This document shows, piece by piece, positions 40,683-50,347 of a stretch of 64,000 bases of DNA (its first letter is position 1; each line of letters starts with the position of its first letter). Source of the DNA: Bythopirellula sp. GTDB lineage: Bacteria > Planctomycetota > Planctomycetia > Pirellulales > Lacipirellulaceae. The DNA is taken from assembly GCA_965216565.1 (NCBI GenBank), contig OZ244170.1, forward strand, positions 2,656,001 through 2,720,000, in the 5' to 3' direction. The translations under genes and the position numbers were made by a program. A model generated the notes under the pieces. The model was not told where the DNA came from and made no database searches. It worked only from the letters and a program-made list of their open reading frames with translations.

Positions 40683-41849
40683 ATGCTCCGATCTGCGATA
40701 CTTTGCACTTGGGTTCTACTGACAATAACTGACACAGTAGTTGGTGCAGACAACATCGACTACGCCAAGCAGATCGAGCCGATTTTTGCCGAGCACTGCT
40801 ACAAGTGCCATGGTGAGAAGAAGGGATTGGGGAAACTCAGGCTCCATACCGCCGAAGCGATCGCAGAGAGTGTGGAAAAACATGCCAACCTGTTCGGCGG
40901 TGGCAATCCGGAAGAGAGCGAACTTTACGAGCGTCTGGTGCTGCCGGAGGATCACAAGAAGAGAATGCCCAAGGGCGGCGATCCATTGCCGAAAGATCAA
41001 ATCGACCTCATTAAACAATGGATTGCCCAGGGGGCAATATTCGCAGCTGTAGTTAGTACCGAGACGACGAGTTCCGAGAATATTAATTCTGAAGCGCAAG
41101 CAAGTGAGCAAAAGAAAGAATCGTTGCCGCTACCTGAAGTTTCGCCGGCTGACGAGGAAGCGATCAAGCGATTGAGCGCAGCAGGGGCCCAGGTCGGCGC
41201 ACTTTTCGCTAACAGCAACTTGCTCACGGTTTCTTTTGCCCTAAGCAGTAATCCAGTGGGGGACGAACAAATCGCTAGCCTGCCGAGCGCTGCCCAGCAA
41301 ATTTATTCTTTGAATCTTGCCGGTGCCAAGGCCTCTGAAAATAGCTGGTCGCCATTGGCTCAACTCAGCAATCTAAGTCAACTGCACCTGGAGAACTCAT
41401 CGATTTCAGACAGTGGTTTAGCATCGCTGAGTGGGCTTGAGAGATTGGAGTATTTGAATCTCTATGGAACCGGAATTACCGACAACGGTCTCAAGCATTT
41501 GGAAAAGCTCAAACATCTCCAGAACCTATACCTCTGGCAAACGAAAGTCTCGTTCGATGCCGCGAGAAAATTAGAAAAGACAATTCCCGGTCTTGAAGTG
41601 AATCTGGGCCACGACCATCCGGAAGTTATGCGGAGGCGGTTGGCGAAGGACATCGAAAACACCAAGCAGCAACTCGAGGCGACCAAGAGCGAATTTACCC
41701 AAGCGGAAGCCGAACTGAAAAGTGCGACCGCCGCGAAGGAGCAGGCGGAGAAACGGCTCGCTGAGCTAGAGGGGCAGCTTAAAACGCTGGATGGTGGGCC
41801 GGAGTCTGAGGAGGAAAAAGCGGCGGAGGCCGATAACGCACCCGAGTAG
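40683..41849 (+). CDS. Planctomycete cytochrome c domain + leucine-rich repeats + coiled coil
   Basis: IEPIFAEHCYKCHG...RMP..IKQWIAQGA; LEYLNLYGTGITDNGL LRRs. Confidence 0.88.
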   Translation: MLRSAILCTWVLLTITDTVVGADNIDYAKQIEPIFAEHCYKCHGEKKGLGKLRLHTAEAIAESVEKHANLFGGGNPEESELYERLVLPEDHKKRMPKGGDPLPKDQIDLIKQWIAQGAIFAAVVSTETTSSENINSEAQASEQKKESLPLPEVSPADEEAIKRLSAAGAQVGALFANSNLLTVSFALSSNPVGDEQIASLPSAAQQIYSLNLAGAKASENSWSPLAQLSNLSQLHLENSSISDSGLASLSGLERLEYLNLYGTGITDNGLKHLEKLKHLQNLYLWQTKVSFDAARKLEKTIPGLEVNLGHDHPEVMRRRLAKDIENTKQQLEATKSEFTQAEAELKSATAAKEQAEKRLAELEGQLKTLDGGPESEEEKAAEADNAPE

Positions 41850-41896
41850 TGCAAGGCTTGCATTCGTTGAACTGTAGATCACAGCTTTGCAAAAAA

Positions 41897-41970
41897 TAGC
41901 CGGACCGCCACTGTCTACCCGCCGTGGTGGGCGGTCCGAGGCGCGCCGGAGGCAAGTGTGCCTCCGGCTA
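41897..41970. repeat. REP-like family B
   Basis: TAGCCGGACCGCCAC...GCGGTCCG...CGGAGGCA.GTGTGCCTCCGGCTA; copy at 47178-47225. Confidence 0.85.
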
Positions 41971-41996
41971 CAAGGTTCATTCTGAGTCGAGTCGAT

Positions 41997-43196
41997 CTAC
42001 GCCCCAAATTTGCCGAGTCGGCCAGCGTTTGCCAGTGCCAGGGGCATGAGGTACTTGGCTTCGAATTGGCCCAGGCCGCCTTTGAGGCATTCCGCTTCGC
42101 CAAACTTTTCGCAGGGATCGGTGCGACAATGCTCGGCCACTAGCAGTGTGGGGACGGGGTGCCAACTGTGGCTGGCAAGCATCGCCGGCGTGCTATGATC
42201 GCCGGTGCAGATGAATACATCTGGCTTAAGTGCCATAATTCGCGGAACGCAGGTATCCACCTCTTCGGTCTTCTTTACTTTTGCATCAAAATCACCATCT
42301 TCGCCGGTGCTATCGGTGTATTTAAAGTGGATGAAGAAGAAATCGTACTTGTCCCAATTTTCTTCTAGCACCTGCATCTGTTCTTCTAGCGTTTGGGCTT
42401 CGCCGACAATGTCCATTCCCACTAAACGTGCCAATCCCTTGTACATCGGATAGACGGCGATCGCTGCGGATCGCAGGCCGTACACCTCTTCGTAGCTGGG
42501 CGGGTTGGGTTTGGCCGAAACTCCGCGTAGCGTACAGCCATTAGCCTTGGGTTGATCGGCAAGTAGCTCACGTGATTGACGAACAAACTCTTTGGCAACT
42601 TCAACTGTCTTCTCACTATCGGGATCGGTTGCACGCGGCTCAAGCGGTGGGACACCGGTGGCTTGGGGATCGGTATCGGCGACATTTCCGCCGAGGCCTT
42701 CACCGCGCAGAACCACCACGAAGCGATGCTCCTTGACGGGCTCCACAAATACTTCCACTCCTGGAATAGAGACTTCACGTAATTTCTTGGCCAGCGGTGC
42801 GCTTTCTTCCGTGGGAATTCGCCCCGCACGACGATCGGAAATGTTGCCCGCCGCGTCGAGTGTGCAGAAGTTGCAGCGAATCGCTACGTCGCCTTCTTGC
42901 AGCTCGAAACCGATGCCAGTGGCTTCCAGGGCACCGCGTCCGATGAGGTATTCCAACGGATCATAACCGAACAATCCCAAATGCCCCGGGCCGCTGCCGG
43001 GAGCAATGCCGGGCTTCACGGGAATGCTGCCGCCACAGATGCCGATCTTTGCCAGGGCGTCGAGATTCGGTGTGCTGGCCGCTTCGAGCTCGGTAGGTCC
43101 CCCCGGTTCTTGGGGCAAGCCACCGAGACCATCGGCGACGAGCATCACGATTTTCGAGTTGTTCTTTACTTGCAGCTGGCGAGTGAGGTTGTGCAT
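41997..43196 (-). CDS. apgM: 2,3-bisphosphoglycerate-independent phosphoglycerate mutase (archaeal-type)
   Basis: VADGLGG, TPNLD, PGSGPGHLGLFGYDP, TGDHSTP, HSWHPVP. Confidence 0.93.
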   Translation of the reverse strand: MHNLTRQLQVKNNSKIVMLVADGLGGLPQEPGGPTELEAASTPNLDALAKIGICGGSIPVKPGIAPGSGPGHLGLFGYDPLEYLIGRGALEATGIGFELQEGDVAIRCNFCTLDAAGNISDRRAGRIPTEESAPLAKKLREVSIPGVEVFVEPVKEHRFVVVLRGEGLGGNVADTDPQATGVPPLEPRATDPDSEKTVEVAKEFVRQSRELLADQPKANGCTLRGVSAKPNPPSYEEVYGLRSAAIAVYPMYKGLARLVGMDIVGEAQTLEEQMQVLEENWDKYDFFFIHFKYTDSTGEDGDFDAKVKKTEEVDTCVPRIMALKPDVFICTGDHSTPAMLASHSWHPVPTLLVAEHCRTDPCEKFGEAECLKGGLGQFEAKYLMPLALANAGRLGKFGA

Positions 43197-43405
43197 TGTC
43201 AGTGAGGAGAGGTCAGGGGGCAAAAAGACAGGGATCGGGGGTGCATACTCTGCACTAGCAATCGTCTATCGTCGCGATTGAGCCTTCGACTGGCAAGGGC
43301 TCGCCTGTTAAGTGACTTGTGCCAAGGGATTCGCACCGCCCCACCCGTTGCGACCTACCCGCCTGCGGGTAAAATCGGTAGCTTCCCTCCCCAAATCTGG
43401 ATTTA

Positions 43406-44836
43406 GTGAGTAACCGAATGTCTAGCGATATGATTTCCTACGATCCCTCAGGGGTCTACTTGCCCGAACATGGGCTTCAGTCTGACGATTTGGCAGGCAT
43501 TTCCGGCGAGCTCCAGACGGCTCGTGATGAAGTGCTCGCTGACCTGAAACTTTGGGCCGAGGACGGCGAGGTTCCTCCAAAAAAGCAACCCTTAGACGCG
43601 GGATTCCATCAGCTTCCCGAACGACTTCTGACCGAGTTTCATGACCTCGGCGCACGCAGCGAAGTTGGCCGCATCAAAGCCACCGCGGATCGATTGGCAG
43701 CGGAAGTCGATCGTGTGGTGATCCTGGGAATTGGGGGATCGTACATGGGTGCGCGGGCACTCCTCGAATCCCTATGTCATCCGTATTACAACGAAGTACC
43801 GCGCGCGATGCGTGGCGATCGTCCGCGGATTTCCTTTGAGGGAAATAACGTCGACAACGATGCGATGCAGGGCCTTATCGATTTACTGAAGTACGACCCC
43901 GCGGGGGATTCCGTCGAATCTCGCTGGGCCATCAATGTAATCAGCAAATCTGGCGGAACGCTTGAGACAGCCGCGGCATTTCGCATATTGCTAGATCAGT
44001 TGCGACGGGCCAGTGGCGGCGATGCCTCTAGGCTGGCGGAGTTGGTGGTTCCCGTCACCGGCACCTCGGGCAAGCTATTTGATTTGGCCACTGAATTGGG
44101 ATGCAAAGAAATCTTCCCGGTACCCGATGGCGTGGGTGGGCGTTTCTCGGTTCTCTCAGCAGTGGGTCTGTTGCCGGCAGCTATCATGGGGCTCGACATC
44201 GTCCAACTACTCGAAGGCGCCGTGGCGATGAACGAACATTTCCGCGATGCGGAAGTCGGTGAAAATGTGGTGCTCGACTACGTAGGTATCTGCCATTTGC
44301 TAGAGACCAAGCGCGGATGCGACATTCGTCTGCTTTCCACTTGGGGCAAACGTCTGGAGGCAGTCGGTTTATGGTACGATCAACTGCTCGCGGAAAGTTT
44401 AGGCAAAGAAGAGCGTGGGGCGATGCCGCTGACGGTCGTCAACACGCGTGACTTGCATTCGCGGGGCCAACAACACCAGGAAGGCAAACGCGACAAGATC
44501 ATCACGAATGTGATTGTCGATTCGCATGAGCGCGATGCCCTGGCCATCGGCAAGAGCGAGCTCAATCAAGACCAGCTCAACGAACTCGCTGACAAAACGC
44601 TACCCGATGTACTGGATGCTGCCACTCAGGGGACCAATCAGGCCTACCGCGAAGACAATCGGCCCACCGCCGATTTGCACCTCCCGGCGCTCAGCGAGCA
44701 TATATTGGGACAGTTATTTCAAATGTTCATGTTGGCTACCGTGGCGGAAGGCCGTTTGATCGACATCAACCCGTACGGCCAACCAGGCGTGGAAGCCTAT
44801 AAGAAGAATATGAACCGAATACTACGCGAAGAGTGA
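43406..44836 (+). CDS. pgi: Glucose-6-phosphate isomerase
   Basis: GIGGSYMG, SKSGGTLET, VGGRFSVLS, QLLAESLGK, DLHSRGQ, QPGVEAYK. Confidence 0.95.
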   Translation: MSNRMSSDMISYDPSGVYLPEHGLQSDDLAGISGELQTARDEVLADLKLWAEDGEVPPKKQPLDAGFHQLPERLLTEFHDLGARSEVGRIKATADRLAAEVDRVVILGIGGSYMGARALLESLCHPYYNEVPRAMRGDRPRISFEGNNVDNDAMQGLIDLLKYDPAGDSVESRWAINVISKSGGTLETAAAFRILLDQLRRASGGDASRLAELVVPVTGTSGKLFDLATELGCKEIFPVPDGVGGRFSVLSAVGLLPAAIMGLDIVQLLEGAVAMNEHFRDAEVGENVVLDYVGICHLLETKRGCDIRLLSTWGKRLEAVGLWYDQLLAESLGKEERGAMPLTVVNTRDLHSRGQQHQEGKRDKIITNVIVDSHERDALAIGKSELNQDQLNELADKTLPDVLDAATQGTNQAYREDNRPTADLHLPALSEHILGQLFQMFMLATVAEGRLIDINPYGQPGVEAYKKNMNRILREE

Positions 44837-44841
44837 TTCGC

Positions 44842-44895
44842 CCGCGAAACCGCAAGCGGAAGTTGGCTCTGTGAGCATCGCTTGCGGTTTCGCGG
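44842..44895. repeat. Perfect 17-bp inverted repeat (REP-like) abutting the RAYT gene
   Basis: CCGCGAAACCGCAAGCG / CGCTTGCGGTTTCGCGG. Confidence 0.88.
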
Positions 44896-44898
44896 TCA

Positions 44899-45504
44899 TT
44901 GGAGCTCCCCTTGGTTGCAGCTTATCATCTCATCTGGACCAACTATGGATATTGGCTCCCGAACGATCCTCGGGGGAGCACGTCGCGGGAAATCCGCTCC
45001 GCCAAAATCAGTTCCTTAGGGGAGTTGCACTACGGTCGCAAGAGAATTCAACCTGCGAGAAATGTGATTCGCGAATTCCACCGAGAGGCCAAAGCTGTGC
45101 TGAAACATCCATTTCGATGCTTCAACTCGGAAGAGATCGAAACGATAGCTCACAGTTTTGCCGCAGCGGTCCAACGCCACACCTACACTTGTTACGCCTG
45201 TGCTATTATGCCCGATCATGTTCACGTCATCATCCGCAAGCATCGCGACAAAGCGGAGCAAATGATTAAGCATCTGCAGGACGCGAGCCGGAAGGCTTTG
45301 CACGAAATATTCTTTCAAGAAGATCATCCCGTTTGGGGTGGCCCCGGTTGGAAGGTCTTTCTGGAAACTCGGGAGGACATTCAGCGTACGGTCCACTATG
45401 TTGAACAGAACCCCGTCGAAATCGAGCGTCACGCACAGAGTTGGCCATTTGTGAAGGCGTATGACGGCTGGCTACCAGGACACTCCACAAAACTCCCTAT
45501 CTAA
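44899..45504 (+). mobile_element. REP-associated tyrosine transposase-like (RAYT, Y1/HUH family)
   Basis: YHLIWTNYGYWLPNDPRG, MPDHVH (HUH), W, YVEQNP catalytic Tyr. Confidence 0.85.
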
Positions 45505-45517
45505 AAAGAATGAACCC

Positions 45518-46210
45518 ATGTGCAATACCGAAATCACTTGGCTGGGACATTCCACATTCGCTCTTCGCACGGGCGAATTCGATGTTCTGGTGGATCCCTT
45601 TCTAGACGACTCGCCGGTGGCCCCCGTGAAGTCGGGCGACGTAGAGGCTGACTTTATCCTGATCACGCATGGCCATTTCGATCACATCGGCGATACGATT
45701 GCGATAGCACAACGCACAGGTGCAAAGGTCGTGGCTAACTATGAGATCGGCAATTGGCTCGTGAAGCAAGGTCTGGAGGAGGAGCGAGTCGCTGCGATGA
45801 ATTTTGGCGGCGCGGTGCAATTACCCATCGGTCAGGTAAAAATGACGCCAGCGCTACACAGCAGCAGTTTGCCCGACGGCACGTATGCGGGGAATCCTGC
45901 TGGCTATATTTTGAATTTGCCCGAGGGGCGCGTCTATTTTGCTGGCGATACCGCTCTGATGCTCGACATGAAGCTGATCGGCATAGGCGGGTTGGAACTG
46001 GCGGTGCTACCCATCGGCGATTTCTATACGATGGGTCCTGAGGATTCCGTGGAGGCCATCAAGCTGCTTAATCCGCGTCGCGTGCTGCCCTGCCACTACA
46101 ACACTATGCCGGGGATTAAGCAGGACGCTGCCGCCTGGGCTGATAACGTCCGCCGAAATACGGCCGCGGAACCGACTGTGCTGGAGCCCGGCGGCAAGTT
46201 TACCCTCTAG
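45518..46210 (+). CDS. Metallo-beta-lactamase-fold hydrolase (UPF0173/YtkL-like)
   Basis: WLGHS, THGHFDH, AGDT, LPIGD.YTMG, PCHYNT. Confidence 0.92.
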   Translation: MCNTEITWLGHSTFALRTGEFDVLVDPFLDDSPVAPVKSGDVEADFILITHGHFDHIGDTIAIAQRTGAKVVANYEIGNWLVKQGLEEERVAAMNFGGAVQLPIGQVKMTPALHSSSLPDGTYAGNPAGYILNLPEGRVYFAGDTALMLDMKLIGIGGLELAVLPIGDFYTMGPEDSVEAIKLLNPRRVLPCHYNTMPGIKQDAAAWADNVRRNTAAEPTVLEPGGKFTL

Positions 46211-46219
46211 AGGACCAAC

Positions 46220-47158
46220 ATGATTGTTCAATCGTGGCGAGTGTTATTGCTGGTCGTGGCAATTTCGACTGCAGCGCAAGCCGAAGAGGTCGCCCTGCGT
46301 TGGAAGTTTACCCCAGGTGAAAGCACGAGATTCTCGCTCTCTCAGCAAACTCAGTTAGATCTGCAATTGCAAGCGGGTAGCGAAGTCGAAGCCAGCGTCG
46401 ATCGGGAATTCAAATTTCGCTGGTCCGTTGACAAGACTGAGGACGATGGGAGTGGCTGGGTTTCGATTAATATGGAGGCGATTCGCCTAACAGTCACCGG
46501 ACCAGGAGGACAAGAAACAGAATTTGACTCCGAGAGTAAAGAGGAGCCCCGTGGTTACGCTGCTACATTAGCCCCTTTGTTTCGAATCATGCTCAAGTCG
46601 GAGTTGAAAGCCCAACTGACGCCCGAGGGTGATATCCTTGATTTGCAGATTCCCGAAGACCTGGAACTTGTTCTCAGCACCAAACCGGTTGGCAAGGCGC
46701 TGGGAACTTTGGGCACGAAGGAAGATTTGATCGCCATCGTCACCCTGGCCATGCCCAAGTTTGGGGAGGAGTCCTTGAAAGTCGGCGAACACTGGACCGC
46801 TGAGCAGGCACGCGACGCAGAGCCTTTCGGTGCGGCTGTTTCCGAAACGCAATACAAGCTGGTTTCTGTCGACGATCAAAACGATCAGCAATTGATAACA
46901 ATTGTGCCGAGCTCAAAGATCGAACTGATCGAATCCGACGACGGCAAGCCAAAGACAGAGATCGTCGCCCAGCAATCAACTGGGCAGTTGGTGTTTAACA
47001 TCACACAGGGTCGTCCGACTTCCTACGATTTTGAGGAGGAGTTAGAGATTGAAACCAGCGGAGCCGATCAGCCTGCCACGGGCACCATCAAGCACTCACT
47101 TCGCTTAAGCCAGTTGGAAGAGGAAGAGGACAAACTCGCCGAACCAGAAGAAAACTAA
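46220..47158 (+). CDS. Secreted hypothetical protein (DUF6263-like)
   Basis: Signal peptide; LRWKFTPGE, FDS, LKVGEHW, GQLVFN. Confidence 0.7.
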   Translation: MIVQSWRVLLLVVAISTAAQAEEVALRWKFTPGESTRFSLSQQTQLDLQLQAGSEVEASVDREFKFRWSVDKTEDDGSGWVSINMEAIRLTVTGPGGQETEFDSESKEEPRGYAATLAPLFRIMLKSELKAQLTPEGDILDLQIPEDLELVLSTKPVGKALGTLGTKEDLIAIVTLAMPKFGEESLKVGEHWTAEQARDAEPFGAAVSETQYKLVSVDDQNDQQLITIVPSSKIELIESDDGKPKTEIVAQQSTGQLVFNITQGRPTSYDFEEELEIETSGADQPATGTIKHSLRLSQLEEEEDKLAEPEEN

Positions 47159-47177
47159 AGCCGTTCGGTAAGTTCAC

Positions 47178-47260
47178 TAGCCGGACCGCCACGCGGTCCG
47201 GCGGAGGCAGGTGTGCCTCCGGCTAATTCAGAATGAATAGTCTTTCAGAATGAATAGTCT
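47178..47260. repeat. REP-like family B copy followed by a 17-bp tandem duplication
   Basis: 47178-47225 family B; TTCAGAATGAATAGTCT x2 at 47227-47260. Confidence 0.85.
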
Positions 47261-47277
47261 ACCTTCGTCATAGCAGA

Positions 47278-47616
47278 CTATTCTTGCGTCACCTCAGGTT
47301 TGGGTAGCTTCACCTGAATCTCGCCATCTAGGACGCGGACTTCGTAGGTTTCGATTTTGAGCGTGGGATTGTCGCACCACGTGCCCTCGCACACGTCAAA
47401 TCGCCAAGCGTGCCAGGGGCAGGTCACGACACCCTCTTCGTCCAGTTGACCAGCACCCAGCGAAGCCCCCATGTGCGGGCAGAGGTCGTTGATCGCAAAG
47501 TAATTTCCCTGCCGATTGAATACGGCCACCAGCCGATCTCCGATGGTAAAGCTCCCGCCCTGCCCTTCGGCAATCGCACCTTCCTTCGCAACGGTCACAA
47601 ATTCGCACATCGGCAT
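47278..47616 (-). CDS. Rieske [2Fe-2S] ferredoxin (NirD/dioxygenase ferredoxin-like)
   Basis: CPHMG...CPWHAWRFD. Start at 47616 or 47610. Confidence 0.92.
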   Translation of the reverse strand: MPMCEFVTVAKEGAIAEGQGGSFTIGDRLVAVFNRQGNYFAINDLCPHMGASLGAGQLDEEGVVTCPWHAWRFDVCEGTWCDNPTLKIETYEVRVLDGEIQVKLPKPEVTQE

Positions 47617-47748
47617 TCCAGTCTGATCGGATCGACGGGGGTTCGATCGGGCCAAGTATCTAGTAGAATTAAGTTTAGACGGGAGGCATCGATTTGGCCA
47701 AGTGCCCCCAGCTTGCAACTTCAAATGATCCGGGTCCGCTGCAGATTG

Positions 47749-48084
47749 ATGAGCAAACCTGAAGTGAATACATCCGCAACTGACGTTTCCTTGCGAGACT
47801 TCCAGCGATTGATCCGGGAGATGTACCTGGAAAAAGACATTGCTCGAGGGATCGATGGCACCTTCATGTGGCTCATGGAGGAAGTGGGAGAACTGGCATC
47901 GGCACTGCGTGAAGGTACCGCGGAAGAAAAGGCGGCAGAATTTGCCGATGTTCTGGCCTGGCTAACCACGATTGCAAATGTGGCAGAAGTCGATCTCACT
48001 CGGGCCGTCTCAGATAAGTATGGTTCCGGGTGCCCTGGCTGCGGCCTATTTATTTGCACCTGTGCAGACTCGGAGAAACCGTGA
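47749..48084 (+). CDS. MazG-like nucleotide pyrophosphohydrolase
   Basis: EEVGELA, EFADVLAWL, KY..GCPGC....C.C. Confidence 0.9.
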   Translation: MSKPEVNTSATDVSLRDFQRLIREMYLEKDIARGIDGTFMWLMEEVGELASALREGTAEEKAAEFADVLAWLTTIANVAEVDLTRAVSDKYGSGCPGCGLFICTCADSEKP

Positions 48085-50318
48085 AGCCGTTCATCTCCTC
48101 TGCATTTCTCTTCGGGTTGGTCATGAGTGCTCTGTGCTGGGTAGCCCCACAAGCAACTCATGCCCAAGACGTAACCAAGCCACAGATCAAGGACCTGAGG
48201 ATCGGATTCGATGGCGCCTACAAGCTAGGTAGCTGGACGCCTGTAGAAGTAGACCTCCAAGGTGGCAGCGAACAACTCACTGGCCAAGTGATCGTTACCG
48301 CGCCGGATAGTGACGGCGTACCGGTATCTGTGAGCACGCCCTCCGATCGCCCTGTGGGCGTAACTCCCCAATCGTCGACGACGGTGCGTCTCTTCATCCG
48401 AGTGGGTAAGTCGGAGAGTTCGATCAAAGTGGCCTTCGTCGTCGAGGGGAAGGTACGCGCCGAGAGAACCTTCCATGTTGGCATAGAAACCGACGGGCAA
48501 CTTTTGTTAGATGGTCTGCCGGCCACGAGCCGGTTGCATGTTCAGTTTGGCCCTGCTCTGGGGCTGGGGATGTTGGTGAAAGAGCCTGAAGACACCAGTC
48601 CTCTAGTCACCACCACGATCCGACAGTTATCTCGGGCCGATCAACTGCCCACGGAATGGTACGGCTACGAAGGCGTCGATACCGTCCTGTTGACTACCTC
48701 CGAGGTGGAGTTGTACCGTCCCTTATTACAGAGCACAAAACGAGTCGATGCCCTTTTTGATTGGGTCCAGCATGGCGGTCGACTGGCATTGTTTTGCGGC
48801 CAAGAGGCTGAAGAGTTGCTGGGCGAGGATGGAGTGCTTACCAGATTTGTCCCCGGGAAATTCGACGCGCTCGTCCCCCTGCGGCAGTCGCTACCCCTCG
48901 AGTCTTTTAGCGGCTCCGACGAACCCCTGTCTCGCAACCGGAGAATCAGTCTTCAAGTTCCCAAGCTCATCGACGTACACGGACAAATCCTGGCTTCCAG
49001 CGGTGGCAACGAGCGAGATTTGCCTCTAGTCATTCGCAGTCGATTAGGCTTGGGGGAAGTCGTGTTCGTCGGGCTCGATTTCGACCGCCCCCCATTGGCA
49101 GACTGGAAAGGCAGAAACGCCTTCTTGCGGAAGGCGCTCGATTGGCCCCGGAAAACTAACGCCCAGCAAAAATCGAACTCCGCCGTGTACGACCAACCTG
49201 CCGACATGTCGGCAAAGCTGCGTAACGCACTCGACAGCAAGTTTGCTGGCGTATCGACCATCCCTTTCTTTCTGGTTGGTGCCTTGGTCGTCGGCTACAT
49301 CCTACTCATCGGCCCCGGCGATTATTTCTTTGTGAGCCGCGTGCTGAAACGTGCCGAGCTCACGTGGATTACTTTTCCCGTGATCGTGGCCAGCGTTTCG
49401 GTCGGCGCCTACTTCCTAGCCGCGTGGCTGAAGGGCGACCAGATGCGCGTGAACCAGGTTGAAATCGTCGACGTCGTAACTTCCACCGGTCAGGTACGTG
49501 GCACGGTATGGACACACTTTTTCACGCCCCGCGTGGAGAAATTCGATCTGAGTCTGGAGCCAAAGTTCCTTGGCGAAAGCGAAATCCCCAGCTCAGAGGA
49601 ACTCGTTTCTTGGTTGGGACTGCCCGGCTACTCCCAAGGGGGCATGCAAGACATGAGTGGGCAGGCGACCATCTTCGATCGTGGCTATCGCTTCGACGAC
49701 TCGCTCTCCACGATGCTGGGAGTTCCTGTCCAGCTGTGGTCCACCAAAACTCTTGCTGCCGATTGGCAAGCGAAAATCGATTCGCCGTTGCAGTCTGAAC
49801 TGCGACCCGATGGGGAAGAATTGGTAGCCGGTCAAATCACCAATTCCTCGGGCACGATGCTCGAAGACGCTGTGTTGCTTTACGGCACCTGGGCTTACTA
49901 TCTGGGCAAAATCTCACCCGATGGAATTGTGAACGTCGATGACGACCTTCAGCCTCGGACTGTGAAAACGTCCCTCACCAGTGCCACGGCGGGCGATACG
50001 ACGGAGCAACGCACGGCCGACGATGGAACCGTGCCGTTCCGTTGGGCGGAGTCCGATGTCTCGCGGCTATTGAAGGCCACCATGTTTTTTGAAGCGATTA
50101 ACGGACAACAGTATACGGGAAGTTTGAACCGCTATCTGAATTCGATCGACCTTAGCCATTTGCTTAAGCAGAAGGATGTCGCCATCCTCTTGGCGAAAAC
50201 TAGTGCGGACAGTAGCCAATGGATGAACGGAGTCAAACCACTGGCGAGCGACGAAGACCGGCATTGGACGTACTATCGTTTTGTACTCCCCGTGAACGAA
50301 GAAACCCCTAATCTCTAG
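48081..50318 (+). CDS. Large membrane-anchored hypothetical protein (ABC-associated)
   Basis: GTG overlapping the MazG stop; signal peptide, WVQHGGRL, YILLIGPGDYF TM pair. Confidence 0.75.
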   Translation: MKPFISSAFLFGLVMSALCWVAPQATHAQDVTKPQIKDLRIGFDGAYKLGSWTPVEVDLQGGSEQLTGQVIVTAPDSDGVPVSVSTPSDRPVGVTPQSSTTVRLFIRVGKSESSIKVAFVVEGKVRAERTFHVGIETDGQLLLDGLPATSRLHVQFGPALGLGMLVKEPEDTSPLVTTTIRQLSRADQLPTEWYGYEGVDTVLLTTSEVELYRPLLQSTKRVDALFDWVQHGGRLALFCGQEAEELLGEDGVLTRFVPGKFDALVPLRQSLPLESFSGSDEPLSRNRRISLQVPKLIDVHGQILASSGGNERDLPLVIRSRLGLGEVVFVGLDFDRPPLADWKGRNAFLRKALDWPRKTNAQQKSNSAVYDQPADMSAKLRNALDSKFAGVSTIPFFLVGALVVGYILLIGPGDYFFVSRVLKRAELTWITFPVIVASVSVGAYFLAAWLKGDQMRVNQVEIVDVVTSTGQVRGTVWTHFFTPRVEKFDLSLEPKFLGESEIPSSEELVSWLGLPGYSQGGMQDMSGQATIFDRGYRFDDSLSTMLGVPVQLWSTKTLAADWQAKIDSPLQSELRPDGEELVAGQITNSSGTMLEDAVLLYGTWAYYLGKISPDGIVNVDDDLQPRTVKTSLTSATAGDTTEQRTADDGTVPFRWAESDVSRLLKATMFFEAINGQQYTGSLNRYLNSIDLSHLLKQKDVAILLAKTSADSSQWMNGVKPLASDEDRHWTYYRFVLPVNEETPNL

Positions 50319-50347
50319 CCCCTAACACCTAGCCCCTATCGAACACC

